A stretch of 63,635 bases of DNA, filler included, from Licmophora abbreviata (taxonomy: Eukaryota): the NCBI GenBank assembly GCA_900291995.1. It is 13 parts of 13 records of this genome, joined end to end, with 100 filler letters (N's around TTAATTAATTAA, not from the genome) between each part and the next. Parts side by side here need not be neighbours in the genome. Positions count along the whole stretch, not along the records: positions 19,201 to 39,666 come from OLMU01003694.1; 12 more parts are not named here. One strand, 5' to 3'. The number at the start of each line of letters is the position of its first letter. The stretch's first letter is position 1. This document shows positions 23,663 through 35,236 of this stretch, in pieces. A model generated the notes under the pieces. It made no database searches. It worked only from the letters and a program-made list of their open reading frames with translations, and was not told the origin of the DNA. The translations under genes and the position numbers were made by a program.

Positions 23663-24964
23663 CAGCAGCACCTTGAAGTCTTCTAGCGCAGTGGAAGCAG
23701 CGGCACGTCAGTGTATCGGCATTACATCCAACGATACCAACCAGCACGACAGTAAGACTGCATCACTCAAACCAGCAATGTTTGCCAACAAGATTCCTTA
23801 CTGGGATACGTCTGATATGACGCAGTTTCGCGTTGTCTTTGTTCTTGGAGGTCCAGGGGCAGGAAAGGGGGTGAGTGCGTCAACAGCAGCAGGGGGGAAA
23901 CTGCATGCGTTTCGCTCAGAAGAGAATCGCCACAGGACTCTCACACCCCACGTGCGTCTTTCTTTTTATTGTTATAGACTCAATCGAATTTGCTGATTGA
24001 CAATTACCCCTGCGTTCATTTCAGTGTCGGCGAGCTGCTACGAAACGAACAAGACAAGGAGGATTCGGTCCACGCTCCGCTCATTCGCGACTGCCTCGTG
24101 GCGGGGCAGATCGTTCCCGTCGAAATATCCCTGCAGCTATTGCAGAATGCCATGGAGCAGGGGGCCGGCAAGTCTACAGTGTGTTTGGTCGACGGATTTC
24201 CTCGGAATTTCGACAACTTGTTGGGGTGGCAACAGTGTATGGAAACGAGCAGTTCTGTGTGGGGTGTTTTGGTGTACACGTGTCCGTTGGAAGAACTGCA
24301 GCGACGGATATTGGAACGAGCAGAAACGTCGGGACGATCGGACGATAATTTGGATAGTATTGCCAAGCGGTTTACAACGTTTGAGCAAGATACCATGCCG
24401 GTCGTGGAGGCACTGCAGCAAGTGGAAGAGTATCAGAAGGAACAAGACCGACCGGCATTGAAATTGTGGAAGATTCGAGGAGATCAATCGCTCGATAGTG
24501 TATGGGAAGACACACAATGTATTGTCAACCAGTGGATCTTACACGATGTCTTGACGGCAAATGCACAACTGTTGCGAGCCATCGAGAGAAGGGATGCGGG
24601 TGCATACGATGCTCTGTGTGTGGCCGAATACACAGAGAGTAATATTAGTACTGTCGACAAGAAGAAAAGTGGTGGACGTCATCACCAAGATGATCGTCAA
24701 AGCGACGACACGAAAAGACTGCAAAAAGAGAAACTAGCAGCATACGAAGGTGTTGAACCGTCTACGTCCTCATCACCATCGCCCATCGAGATTGCGAATC
24801 CCGTTGTGGAATTTGTGACAGGTACCAAGGTGGTTGTTACGTACGACCGAGTGCTCGGTGAATCGCCAAGGCAGCTCGTTCGGGAATCTCGTGTTTGGTC
24901 GCATGAACAATCGAATGGCTGGGTGAATGTGCATTTTTTCCGAGTTCCCAAGGAGGCCTCGTGA
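23229..24964 (+). CDS. UMP-CMP/adenylate kinase family protein with C-terminal NTF2-like (CaMKII association-like) domain; intron 23871-23977
   Basis: Splicing gives VFVLGGPGAGKG|TQ. Also HFSVGELLR, GQIVP, LVDGFPRN and SGRSDDN...KRF. The N-terminus is a long low-complexity targeting-like extension. Confidence 0.88.
23622..23669 (+). repeat. (AGT)n/(AGC)n microsatellite encoding poly-Ser; a poly-Gln run lies at about 23497-23534
   Basis: Seen directly. Confidence 0.92.
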
Positions 24965-25163
24965 AAGGAAGGAAAGTCATCTATCATGTAAACGTTCATT
25001 CTCTATCGATTAGTAGACCTACTTATTTCTAATTCTTGTGGTGGTAGTCGAATCGCAAAGCTTGTCTTTGCGATGCCGACTTGATTGGTATCGAGCGCAT
25101 GGATGGATGGATGTCGTATATCTATTCTTTTCTTCTCTATCATTCTTTTTTCTCTGGTCATGA

Positions 25164-26551
25164 TCAGTAGCTAATGGTCACAGCAGATTCGTCATCGCGA
25201 GCGTCCGGAACAGTGCAAGTCGTCACACTGCCCACCGTCGTCGTTTCCGACGTCTTGTACTTTGGAGTATCGTAGCACCACAGTTTGAGCTGTAGCGCCT
25301 GCCTCAATTCAGTCATGGTTGGACGCTGTGAAGGCTCTGCATCCCAACTGTACGGAAGAATCCATTCGCAGAGCAGTGGTACGTCCGGGACCGTCGCCAA
25401 CGACGGCCGTGCGCCTCCACGAAAGACATGCTTCCGAAAGTCTTCCACTGTACTGTAGTTGGGATAGGGTCGCTCCAGCGTTACCATTTCATACAAAACA
25501 ATGGCAAACGAGTACACGTCTGCGGAAGTATGACAACTTTCACATTTGGCGACCTCGGGGGGCATATAACGAGTCGTTCCATATCCGTGCTTGAGTTGAC
25601 GCTTGCTGAGCCCCAGTTCCGGATCATCCAAGGTCCTCGCGAGGCCAAAGTCAAGCAACTTGACCACACCTTTCTTGTCAAAGCCAATGTTGCCAGGTTT
25701 GATATCGCGGTGTACGACATTGTGCCGATGAAGGAATTCTAGACCGCGTGCGATGCCCACGGCCGCATCGAGAATGCGAGACAAGAGCGGTGGTTCTCTA
25801 TAGTTTCGCTTCGTCTCGTCTTTCTTGATGCTGCTGGTGCGACGAAACCATTCCGCAAGCCGGCGACGGCGTGGAGTAGAAGAAGACTGCTGGGATGTCG
25901 TTGTTGTAATGACACTGCTGTCATCTTCGTGCTCCTGAGTCATGTTCCACGCTTGTCGTTGCTTCTGTTGTTCTTTCCACTCGTCCATTTTGGTAACAAG
26001 CGTACCCTCGACTCGTTCCAGGACGAGAAACATGGTCGGGGTAGGAGTAGAAGTAGTAGACATAGGCGACTCGTCATCACTGTCACTGCCAGAGCCGACC
26101 GCGACAAGTCGAATAATGTGTTCGTGATGTTGCAGCGAGGACAAAAGGGAAGCTTCCAGGTGAAGATCCTGCGCTGACTTTCGGGTTCTCTTTTCGGTCA
26201 TTCCAGCATCCATGCGAACGCACTTGACAACCAGATCCGCTGTTTTCTTGTTCTTGTTGTTGTGCCGTCTTTTTGAATGTTTTGGTGGTATCCGAATGAG
26301 GTTTCTCTTGCGCTTCGATAGGGTGATGGCAAAGACGTTTGAGAAGCCCCCCTTGCCGAGAAGCGGGCCTAGTTTATGTCTTTCCACGAGAGAGTCGGAG
26401 CGGGGCAGGAAGAAGGCATCAGCAAAGACGACGAGGCTGGGTCATTGGGATCGCGTTCGTTGGTGACGATTGTGCTAGCCTCAAACTGAATTTTGGGCGA
26501 TGGGTTTTCTAGTTTTGGCGGTTTAGTAGTATTCGAGACTGTCGCCATCAT
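25164..26551 (-). CDS. Ser/Thr (TKL-like) protein kinase; one base missing near 26374
   Basis: LGKGGFSNV, VVK, HRDIKPGNIG, DFGLAR, GTTRYMPPE, DVYSF. The upstream ORF LSWKDI joins KLGPLLGK if one A is added. Confidence 0.88.
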
Positions 26552-27218
26552 GGTCACTCCACGATCGGCGAGCTGCGAGAGACTAGTTATACTGTATGAT
26601 AGAAGGGGGGAGAGCGAGTGAGTCTATCCTTCGCTTCGTTTCTTGCTCGCAAGTGCAGCAGTCTCGCCGAAGGAGGAAGGATGAGAAGGCTTTTGCTTGT
26701 GTGGTTGGTCTTGATTGATTCGGGTCGAGATTCAATTCCAAAACACAGAAAATGACACCCAATGAAAATGCCGGCCCTTTGACACCACCCACGTTTTGAG
26801 TCAGTCAGTCTGGAAGTTTGTTGTCGCTACGACTTGCTCCTCCGACACCACGTCACTTATGTCTCACAATGGATGTTATTTATCGACATGTGCAAGTGCA
26901 TATCATAGTTCTATCATACCGTGGTACGTCCGTCCGGCGCCGCCTAAACTTGCGTGCTGGGACACCACCACCACCACCACCTTTAATAAGTCCGTGACCG
27001 ATATATTAGGTGACTCGTCGAAGGTCGAGGCTACGCGTGGCTACGCTTGTGTATGAAGCCCCTTGAAGCCGATTACAATAAAACAGACTTGACTTGACAA
27101 GTGCCTTTGTAGATCTACATCGTGTTTATTCAGTTATGATAAAAGTAGACAACTAGCTCTTTGTGGAGCCACGTCGAATCTATCCTGTGGCTTGTGCCCC
27201 CACCCGCGATCGCCTCTT

Positions 27219-29204
27219 CTAGGATTGTGCGCCATTGACACGTCCATGGAGTGACATATCATTAGGATCATTGCAACGCTTCTTGAGCTCCGAAAACGCA
27301 GTTTTTACCCATTCGTCTTGCGCCGATTCTGCCAAGTCTTCCACAGCGCCGAGGTCAAACAAGGCTGCCCGCTTTGTCGCTGGGTGCCACCCGACATGTC
27401 GCCAGCGCACATCCATGTGTTTTTTCCCCTGCTTTGCAAAATGACAAAGTGCCTTCCAAACCGGCCCATTCTCCTGTGCAGTGAGGCGGACCCGATCCTC
27501 CTGCTCAATGCGCCAGAAATACGGCATGACCAGACATTTTTTCGCACTCGAAAGCGTCGCAACGTAAGCCTGCCCAAAATCTGATTTATAAACGGCATTC
27601 CAGTTCTTCAGCTCCGCTTGGGCTGCGTCTTCAGACTTTGCCGCACTGATCGTTCTCTTGTCTGTGAAATCGTCTGCAGCATCAAAAAACTTGACAACGC
27701 ACGCTCCAGTCCCCTTTTGAGTGATCGCCAAGCAGGTTGAGCCATTTGCTCCGTATCCGAGTGGATGGACCAGATAGATGAACTTCACGTTTTGCTTCGC
27801 CAAAGCGTACTTTTCGAGAGCAATGCCAGCCACGGCCAGTTTCTGAAAACAAAACTCTTTGTCGTTGACACTCTTTCCGCTGAGCTGGACCTTTCGTGCG
27901 AGCATGTCTCCGCTCGAGTAGAGTTGAGAGAAGTCCTTCAGATCTTGGGCGGACTTGTACATGAGCAAGATGGCAGACGCGAGAAATTTGATCATATCAT
28001 GGCCTGATGTCACACCGTTGATGGTCTTGGTTGCGTAAAGTACTCGTTGCTCCTTGCGATGGACTTCCTTTGTTACGCCATTCGCCGTGTCACGCTTGAG
28101 CTTCGTGTCCTTGGAGGCGGTTGCACCGCACGCCGTGTCACGCTTGCGCTTCGCGCCCTTGGAGCAGAGGACATATTGAGGCACGGCAAGTCCCTCGACT
28201 TGCGTTGGGTCGAACAATGTATTAGGTGAGACACCGTTCGTGGCCGGATCTTTGACCGGATCTTGTGCGTCAATATTACTGCAAGCGCCATCTGGTAGTG
28301 TCGCCGTAGATGCGAGCTGCCACTTGTTTCCTGTCGTGATCATTCCAAAAGCTTGGGGAAGACCCCCGAGACGAATCGTCTGAAGCTGATCATAGAGCTG
28401 GCCTGCTACCTTGCCTTTCCCGAAAATCTTGGCGTCTGCGTCGCGATGAGGTTTCTTGACTTCTATGCATCCAATCGCAAGCTTTTTGGAAGATAACACG
28501 AGCATGATATCGCATTCCGTTGACAAGATGCTTCGTTGGACTAACATGTGGATCTTGTTGCACAGTCCAAGTGCTTTGATGGTGGCAGAAACGAGTATAG
28601 ATACTCGGAGGACGACACATCCCTCAGAATCGATCGAGTTGTTGTTTTGAAACAACTCCAAACCGCTGTCACACTCCCAGAAGTTCTCGTTATGCAATTC
28701 TGGATCAGCCAAGTTGAACTCGCCACTTCTACACACTTTGGCGACTTCGTGGGCAGGATTGGTGTGAGCGTCCGACGCCGTTTTATCAAAATAGCCATCA
28801 AAATTCTTGGCAAAGGCTCCTAAGCTTCTTTCTTTCTCTTTCTTCACATGTGCCTCGTTTTGGGTCTTCAATGCCTCCTTATCGTTCTCCACTGCCACGA
28901 CTTTGGTCTCCAATGCCTCCTTATCGTTCTTCAATGCCTCGTTTTCGTTCACCACTGCCATGACTTTGGTCTCCAATGCCTCCTTATCGTTCTTCAATGC
29001 CTCGTTTTCGTTCACCACTGCCACGACTTTGGTCTCCAATGCCTCCTTATCGTTCTCCACTGCCACGACTTTGGTCTTCAATGCCGCGTTTTCGTTCTTC
29101 AATGCCTCTTTATCGCGCAACAAGTCAGCAATTATTTGTTTGTCCGTTTGGCTTTCCCGGTCCTCCTTTCCGCTCTCCTTCCAGTCTTTTTTACTGCTCT
29201 TCAT
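27219..29204 (-). CDS. Crinkler-like protein: coiled-coil repeats + PD-(D/E)xK nuclease fold + kinase-like domain
   Basis: ECDIMLV...GCIEVKKP...GQLYDQL...FGMITTGNKW, followed by LGYGANG...VVKFF...LVMPY...HMDVRWRHVG...LFDL. Intronless, 661 aa. Confidence 0.72.
   Translation of the reverse strand: MKSSKKDWKESGKEDRESQTDKQIIADLLRDKEALKNENAALKTKVVAVENDKEALETKVVAVVNENEALKNDKEALETKVMAVVNENEALKNDKEALETKVVAVENDKEALKTQNEAHVKKEKERSLGAFAKNFDGYFDKTASDAHTNPAHEVAKVCRSGEFNLADPELHNENFWECDSGLELFQNNNSIDSEGCVVLRVSILVSATIKALGLCNKIHMLVQRSILSTECDIMLVLSSKKLAIGCIEVKKPHRDADAKIFGKGKVAGQLYDQLQTIRLGGLPQAFGMITTGNKWQLASTATLPDGACSNIDAQDPVKDPATNGVSPNTLFDPTQVEGLAVPQYVLCSKGAKRKRDTACGATASKDTKLKRDTANGVTKEVHRKEQRVLYATKTINGVTSGHDMIKFLASAILLMYKSAQDLKDFSQLYSSGDMLARKVQLSGKSVNDKEFCFQKLAVAGIALEKYALAKQNVKFIYLVHPLGYGANGSTCLAITQKGTGACVVKFFDAADDFTDKRTISAAKSEDAAQAELKNWNAVYKSDFGQAYVATLSSAKKCLVMPYFWRIEQEDRVRLTAQENGPVWKALCHFAKQGKKHMDVRWRHVGWHPATKRAALFDLGAVEDLAESAQDEWVKTAFSELKKRCNDPNDMSLHGRVNGAQS
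28868..29110 (-). repeat. Coding tandem repeat built from 21-nt (heptad) modules, with 42/63-bp periods
   Basis: NDKEAL(K/E), TKVVAV and NE(N)EALK units recur with near-identical DNA. Confidence 0.9.
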
Positions 29205-29535
29205 GACGACACCGTTTTCGAGCGACAGGGCTTCGACAATCGACTTTTACTTCCCAACGACTGAATCTCGAATGAGCGGCGGAGGAGGATGAAGGAGCGA
29301 AGCAGCAGCAGGGGCAGCAGCCGTTTTTTGTGTTTGTTTTCAGTTTCTCAGACTTTGTTGTTCCGGTTTTGATTTTTGATGATGGCAAAACGTGTTGACC
29401 GTTTTCAGTTTGTTGTGTCGATACGTATCGTATCATACTTCGTACGTATCATAGTCTAGTCTACTTCCATCCGGCGCCGCTTTTATTTGCGTGCCACGTG
29501 GAAGTTTGGATGGATCATTCGACGGAACGTCACAC

Positions 29536-29577
29536 AGATTTCAGATTTCAAGATTTCAGATTTCAGATTTCAGATTT
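29536..29577 (+). repeat. (AGATTTC)n heptamer microsatellite upstream of the first BTB gene
   Basis: About six copies seen directly. Confidence 0.85.
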
Positions 29578-29603
29578 GAATCGAATGTTACCGTTGCTGT
29601 CAG

Positions 29604-31022
29604 ATGATGGCATGTGTACACATGTCCTCTTCCTCCTCCTCCTCCTCATCATCATCGCAGTCGATTACTATGGGGAACACCCGGGGAAGCAACATGGGAC
29701 TAGTAGATGCGTCGTGTTCATCCGGGGTGCTCCGTCGTTGTGGGGAGAATGAAGCGCCACTTCTACTGCCACCACGAGAACAAGAAGCTAGGAGACGTCG
29801 ACGTTCACTCCGTTACAGCAGCCGACGCCGTCCACCGATTCTCATCATGCTCGCAGCCCTCTTAGTTGTTTTTTGTGTGACATCGGCGAGTACGCGTAGC
29901 CGATATCAGTCTCTTGCCTTCTCGGCCCCAGATCCCAGAAAGGCCATGTATCAGGCCATCACGAGCGGGAGTCTGGTAGACGTCAAGCAGTGTCTAGACG
30001 AAGGAGTGCATCCCTCCGAAAACATGTACCCGGAGCGGGAATCCGATCAATGGGGACCCTTCCAAGAGCACGGCGTTCTGCCTGGACGAGAAGACGACGC
30101 GGTGTATCCATTCTTTCATCAGGCGGTCTGCTACGCGTGTCACTTTGCCAGTTCTACGCAGCACCAACAGATCGTACAAGAGTTCGTCGCGAGGAACCCC
30201 GAGTCAATTATGGCGACGGCCGAGGGAATTGTCTACTGTTATCAGGGTGGAGAACAGGATCCAATTCCTCTGGGGGATGGCCTCAACGCGCTTCAGTTTT
30301 ACAATCGTCTTGCCACCATTTACTACCAAAAGTCCATGCCCTACGAGCTTACCAACGTGCTCATCGGTGCCTTGATGGAATACGAATCCATGAGTCGCTT
30401 TCCCCGGACTCTCATGGAAAAACTTCATGACAAGGAGGATGACGATTTGACGGTCGATGTTCACATTCAGTGCACGGACGGAGTGACGGTGCCGGCGCAC
30501 AAGACTATCTTGATGGCTGCCAGTCAATCCTTTGAAGTCATCTTTGGGAACTGGTTTGACTCGGACGATAACATATGGGACTCGCAAGTATCGTCAGCAG
30601 TCATGCTCACTATTAAGAAATACATTTACCTGGGAGTCGTTTCCATGGAGGGCTTAACGGATGACGATCTCCAAGAACTCTTTGTCAAGGCAGATCAGTT
30701 TGAGTTGCACGACTTATTCCGTCTTGCGGAAAAGCGGTTGTTGCATGTTCTCAAGGCAGAGAACTTTGCGCACATGCTGGTACTAGCCGGAGAGCGCGAG
30801 GCGGACTCCAAAGATTTGTTTGATGCGTGCGTGCGATTCTTTCGATGGCATTCGACCGAACTTCATTTCGATGAGTCGCTGCAGAATGTCAAGGCGAAGC
30901 ACTCGGATGTGTGGAGTCGGTTGGAAGAGTCGATCTTGGAGTCCAGAGCCAAGGACGTGAGTATGAGTGACGTAGGTAGTAGTGATGAATGGGAGGATGG
31001 GTGGGTAGATCAGGTGACGTAA
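29604..31022 (+). CDS. Ankyrin-like + BTB/POZ(-BACK) protein, copy 1, with a hydrophobic N-terminal extension
   Basis: DVHIQCTDGVTVPAHKTILMAASQSF...IKKYIYLG...LFVKADQFELHDL. Confidence 0.88.
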   Translation: MMACVHMSSSSSSSSSSSQSITMGNTRGSNMGLVDASCSSGVLRRCGENEAPLLLPPREQEARRRRRSLRYSSRRRPPILIMLAALLVVFCVTSASTRSRYQSLAFSAPDPRKAMYQAITSGSLVDVKQCLDEGVHPSENMYPERESDQWGPFQEHGVLPGREDDAVYPFFHQAVCYACHFASSTQHQQIVQEFVARNPESIMATAEGIVYCYQGGEQDPIPLGDGLNALQFYNRLATIYYQKSMPYELTNVLIGALMEYESMSRFPRTLMEKLHDKEDDDLTVDVHIQCTDGVTVPAHKTILMAASQSFEVIFGNWFDSDDNIWDSQVSSAVMLTIKKYIYLGVVSMEGLTDDDLQELFVKADQFELHDLFRLAEKRLLHVLKAENFAHMLVLAGEREADSKDLFDACVRFFRWHSTELHFDESLQNVKAKHSDVWSRLEESILESRAKDVSMSDVGSSDEWEDGWVDQVT

Positions 31023-31913
31023 GCTAGGATCTCTCTCTAGAGGGTAAGACGTAGTGGCGAGCGTTATTGTTTTCTTTTTATGAATTCATTGTCCGGGTCG
31101 ACTAGTCTACAGTAGCCTTTGCGTGTGAGACGCAAAGAGAACAGACTTGTTATCGCACGACGTGATATACAGTGAACATAACAGCAGTATAGCTGACGGT
31201 CGCGGTGATTAGACGTATGATACTGCAACAGGCGGTCTAAAGGCAGTAGCAAGCGATCGGCATTCTGTTGCCTACATTAGAAACGTGGAAGCGCCCAGAC
31301 CACTCTTGGATTCATCATACGTAAGCTCGTGGGATGGCAATCGATTACTCTTTCCGTGGTATGTCACTGCATTGGGTGGAGATTACACAGCCATCATCCC
31401 GGGTTCTCAGGTGCCTGCTATGATACAGTGTTGCGTTCCACCCGCGAGCTCACTGATACGGGACTCGCAACAAATCTCGAATCGCGCACGCGAACTTGAA
31501 ACTCATCGCGACCTACGTTTGAGTCCCGATCGGCGATTTGATTGATTCCGTTTTTTTCTGTGTAACGAGAGGATACACATCTCGCACCACCTCAATCATC
31601 ACCATGAACCTCTCAATCGCTTCACGCGCTGCCCATGTAAATTGTGTCTCCCCCCAATAACACAGACAGGGGTGTGTCTGGCGGATTTGGGAATTCCAGG
31701 ACGAAAAGCGCAGCATGCCAGACCGGCTGGCGATCTTCCATCCATAGTCGTCATCTCAGACTTTCGTGCGTTCGCTGAATTGTATGTATGATGTGGACAG
31801 ATCGCATAATATGGGCCTCCACCGCATAAAACATCACACAGCTAGAGGATAGACCCACTGTGACCTTGCTTTGAGCTCCTCCATCCCCTTTATAGCTCCT
31901 TAGAATCTCAATC

Positions 31914-33022
31914 ATGGCCGCCGAAGACGAGCAACATTCGTTGTTGAAGGAAATGTACGAGGCCATTCGAGACAACAAGGTCGATGCAGTCAAGCGTTGC
32001 CTTATTTCTGGGGCTGACCCAGCCCAAAGCATGATTCCTTTTGGTGCCGTTACTAGCAGCAATGGAGGGTATTTGATTGCAGGAGCCCACCATGTCCATG
32101 GTGGATGGGAAGCTGGTGCTGCAGAGGCTTCGTACCCGTTCATTCACTTTGCCGTTTCCCGTGCCTCCCACTCCAATTTCGAGTGCTCCAAAAAGTCGTT
32201 CTTGAGATAGTAGGAGAGATGCTGGCCCTTTACCCTCAGGCAATCCAGGCTACTGCTCAGGGTATGACGCTCGTTCGTCGCAATGTCAGCAATCCTGCCC
32301 AAATTGCAAATGGATTGAACGCCCTTCAGTTCTTCAGACACGTCGCGACTGTCGCCACTGCGCTGGCGATGCCTTGCGAGGTAGAGGCCATGCTGGTCAA
32401 AGTCTCAGAGAAAGTGGAGTCGATGTATCGCTTCCCGGGGAAACTTCTGGAACAACTTTACGCCAAGGACAGCGATGACAGTACGGTTGACCTTCATATT
32501 CTCTGCTCTGATGGTGCTACCACAATTCCGGCCCACAGAACTATCATGAGCGTTGCCAGTCCCTATTTCGGAAGTTTGTTCGGAGAACACTGGAGCGATG
32601 CGGAGAATGGCATTTGGAAGTCGCAAGTTTCTCCCGTCGTCATGGCAGTGATCAAGAAATACATTTACATTAGAGATTTCTTATTGCGAGATTTATCAGA
32701 GCCACAACTCCAAGAGCTCTTCGTCGTGTCCCATCAGTACGAGCTTCTTGACTTGTTTCATCACTGCGAGCAATGGCTCACTCGTCGTTTATCATTGGAG
32801 AACTTTGCAGCCTTGCTAGTGTTGTCTAGCGAACGTGACGAAGAAGCTGCGGAGTTGTACGCCGCTTGTCTACAGTTCTTTCAAACGCACTCGACGAAGC
32901 TTCATTTTGACCTTTCGTTTCATGTAGTGAAGTCGGAGCGCGCCGATGTATGGAGCAGTTTGGAAGCATCTTCTCTTGCTTTCACCAGCAATGGACGCGG
33001 GGTGAATGCGTCGGGGACCTGA
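31914..33022 (+). CDS. Ankyrin-like + BTB/POZ protein, copy 2; one base missing near 32190 (error or pseudogene)
   Basis: ORFs 31914-32210 and 32105-33022 together are colinear with copy 3. Confidence 0.82.
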
Positions 33023-33670
33023 CTGGGTGCTCCGAGGGACAATCCTCTTTGCAATGTTTTGGTTGTCGCGGTACAGGAAGCTGGTATTGAACGTCGTTTT
33101 ATCCATGATTTGATGATTTGTGTTCCTAAACGAGGCTTATCATACGGCTATACAGGACACGAAACGTAGCGCGCGGGACTGACTCGTGACAGACATGGGT
33201 TCGGGCACCGTCTTTTTCTGCGAGACCGCGCGGTCCTTGATGAGTCCGGATCTTTTTTCTGTGAACATACGTATGATATTCGCTATCCCACGGGGGGTCG
33301 AGGATCATCATCATGCGACCACACGCCATCAGCACTTCTTATAGGCTGCCGCCATTCGCTGATTATTCCTAACGACGTTCCTGCGCCCCTTGAGATGCGC
33401 ATCATGCGAAGTTCCATTCATATTTTTTTCCTCTCTCGTCCGTCCGGCGGGCGTCGTCAGAGGTCGGCGTCTACGAGTAGTAGAATTCAATTTCAAATTC
33501 GCCCGATGTGTTTTGTGTTTTGTGTTTTGTGTTTGCAGCAGCCTCTCGGCGACAGGGAGTCGACATGTTCAATGTGTGTCAATCCACCAGGATTTCATAA
33601 ATGAAATCATCAGAGGATGCGATAGCCGCACTGTGACCTCACTTTACAGTTCCCTGAAATCTCAATCATC

Positions 33671-34777
33671 ATGTCGGCTGACAGAAAGCGAAACCCGCTG
33701 TTGAAGGAAATGTACGAGGCCATTCTTGGCGACAACGTCGATGGCGTCAATCGTTGCCTTATTTCTGGGGCGAACCCAGCCGAAAGCGTCCATCCTTTCA
33801 TTCGATCCATTAGCAGAGCATCGAGACGGGTCAAGCAAGGAATCTATGTCCAGGATAGGAGCGAAATAGATACACCTGCGAAGTTTCCGTTCATTCACTT
33901 TGCCGTTTCCAGATGCGACTTGTACCCGTCTGGGAACAGTCTTGAAATAGTGCGAGAAATGCTAGATCTTTTTCCGGAAGCAATCCACGCTACTGCTCAG
34001 GGGATGATGGTCGTCCCCTTCGGTCAAGGACAGTTTCCTATTCCGTTTGGAAATGGATTGAATGTCCTTCACTTCTTCAACCAAGTCAAGACTTTCGCCA
34101 CTTCGCTGGCGATGCCTGGCGAGGTAGAGGCCATGCTTGCCAACGTCTCGCAGAAGTGGGAGTCGATGCATCGCTTTCCGCACAAACTCCTGGAACAGCT
34201 TCATTCACAGGACAACGACGACAGTTTGGTGGACCTTCATATGCTCTGTTCCGATGGCGTCACCACGATTGCAGCTCACAAGACGATCATGAGCGTTGCC
34301 AGTCCCTATTTCCGAAGCCTTTTCGGAGAACACTGGAAAGATGTGGAGAATGGGATTTGGAAGTCGGAGGCTTCGTCCGTTGTCTTGAAGGCGATCAAGA
34401 AGTACATTTACATTGGAGACTTTTCAGCGCACGAGTTTTCAGAGCTGCAGCTCCAAGAGCTCTTCGTCGCGTCCCATCAGTACAACCTACTCGATATCTT
34501 CCATCGCTGCGAGAAGTGGCTCATTCGACGTTTGTCGCTGGAGAACTTTGCAACCGTGTTGGTCTTGTCGAGCGAGCGTGAGACCGACGCCGCGGACTTG
34601 TATGCCGCATGTGTACAGTTTTTTCAAACGCACTCGACTGACCTTCATTTTGACCCATTGTTTCATAAAATGAAAACAGAACGCTCCGATGTATGGAGCA
34701 GTTTGGAAGCATCATTGCGTGCTGGTCGCACTAGTAGCACTGGGCGGGATGAATGTACTCGGGGAGTAGCGGGGTAG
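33671..34777 (+). CDS. Ankyrin-like + BTB/POZ protein, copy 3
   Basis: DLHMLCSDGVTTIAAHKTIMSVASPYFRSLF...IKKYIYIG. Confidence 0.9.
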   Translation: MSADRKRNPLLKEMYEAILGDNVDGVNRCLISGANPAESVHPFIRSISRASRRVKQGIYVQDRSEIDTPAKFPFIHFAVSRCDLYPSGNSLEIVREMLDLFPEAIHATAQGMMVVPFGQGQFPIPFGNGLNVLHFFNQVKTFATSLAMPGEVEAMLANVSQKWESMHRFPHKLLEQLHSQDNDDSLVDLHMLCSDGVTTIAAHKTIMSVASPYFRSLFGEHWKDVENGIWKSEASSVVLKAIKKYIYIGDFSAHEFSELQLQELFVASHQYNLLDIFHRCEKWLIRRLSLENFATVLVLSSERETDAADLYAACVQFFQTHSTDLHFDPLFHKMKTERSDVWSSLEASLRAGRTSSTGRDECTRGVAG

Positions 34778-35236
34778 ATGGTTCGCGAACTGCAGCGATA
34801 GCAGCAGAGAGCGGCACGATACAAGCAGATCGGACGAATTGTGATCGACCTTACATGTTTCTTGTTGTATTAGTACTCTGTTCAGCATACCTTATGGCAT
34901 GCCTAGACTCTGATGCAATGTGAACCTTGAACCTTAGGCCTGCCCGGTTCTTAGTGTATCTCGTCCAATGAGTCGAGTCAGTCAAGTCATTCGCGAGCTC
35001 GTCCATTTTCAGAGTTCGCGCCGCGCGACCTTTGAGTCCCGATCTTCGCATACGATGGATCACGCATCACAAGGATGAATGACGCCGACGAACGATGTGA
35101 TCTGCAACAGCGCCGCGGGGCTTCCCCTCCAAGGTCATGCCTGCGAGAATACCACAAACGGATTGCAAACCTTGGACACTTCAATCCTTCGCTTGTGTGC
35201 ACCCATTGGATCGTCGTTGTTTGCCCATCAAGAACA

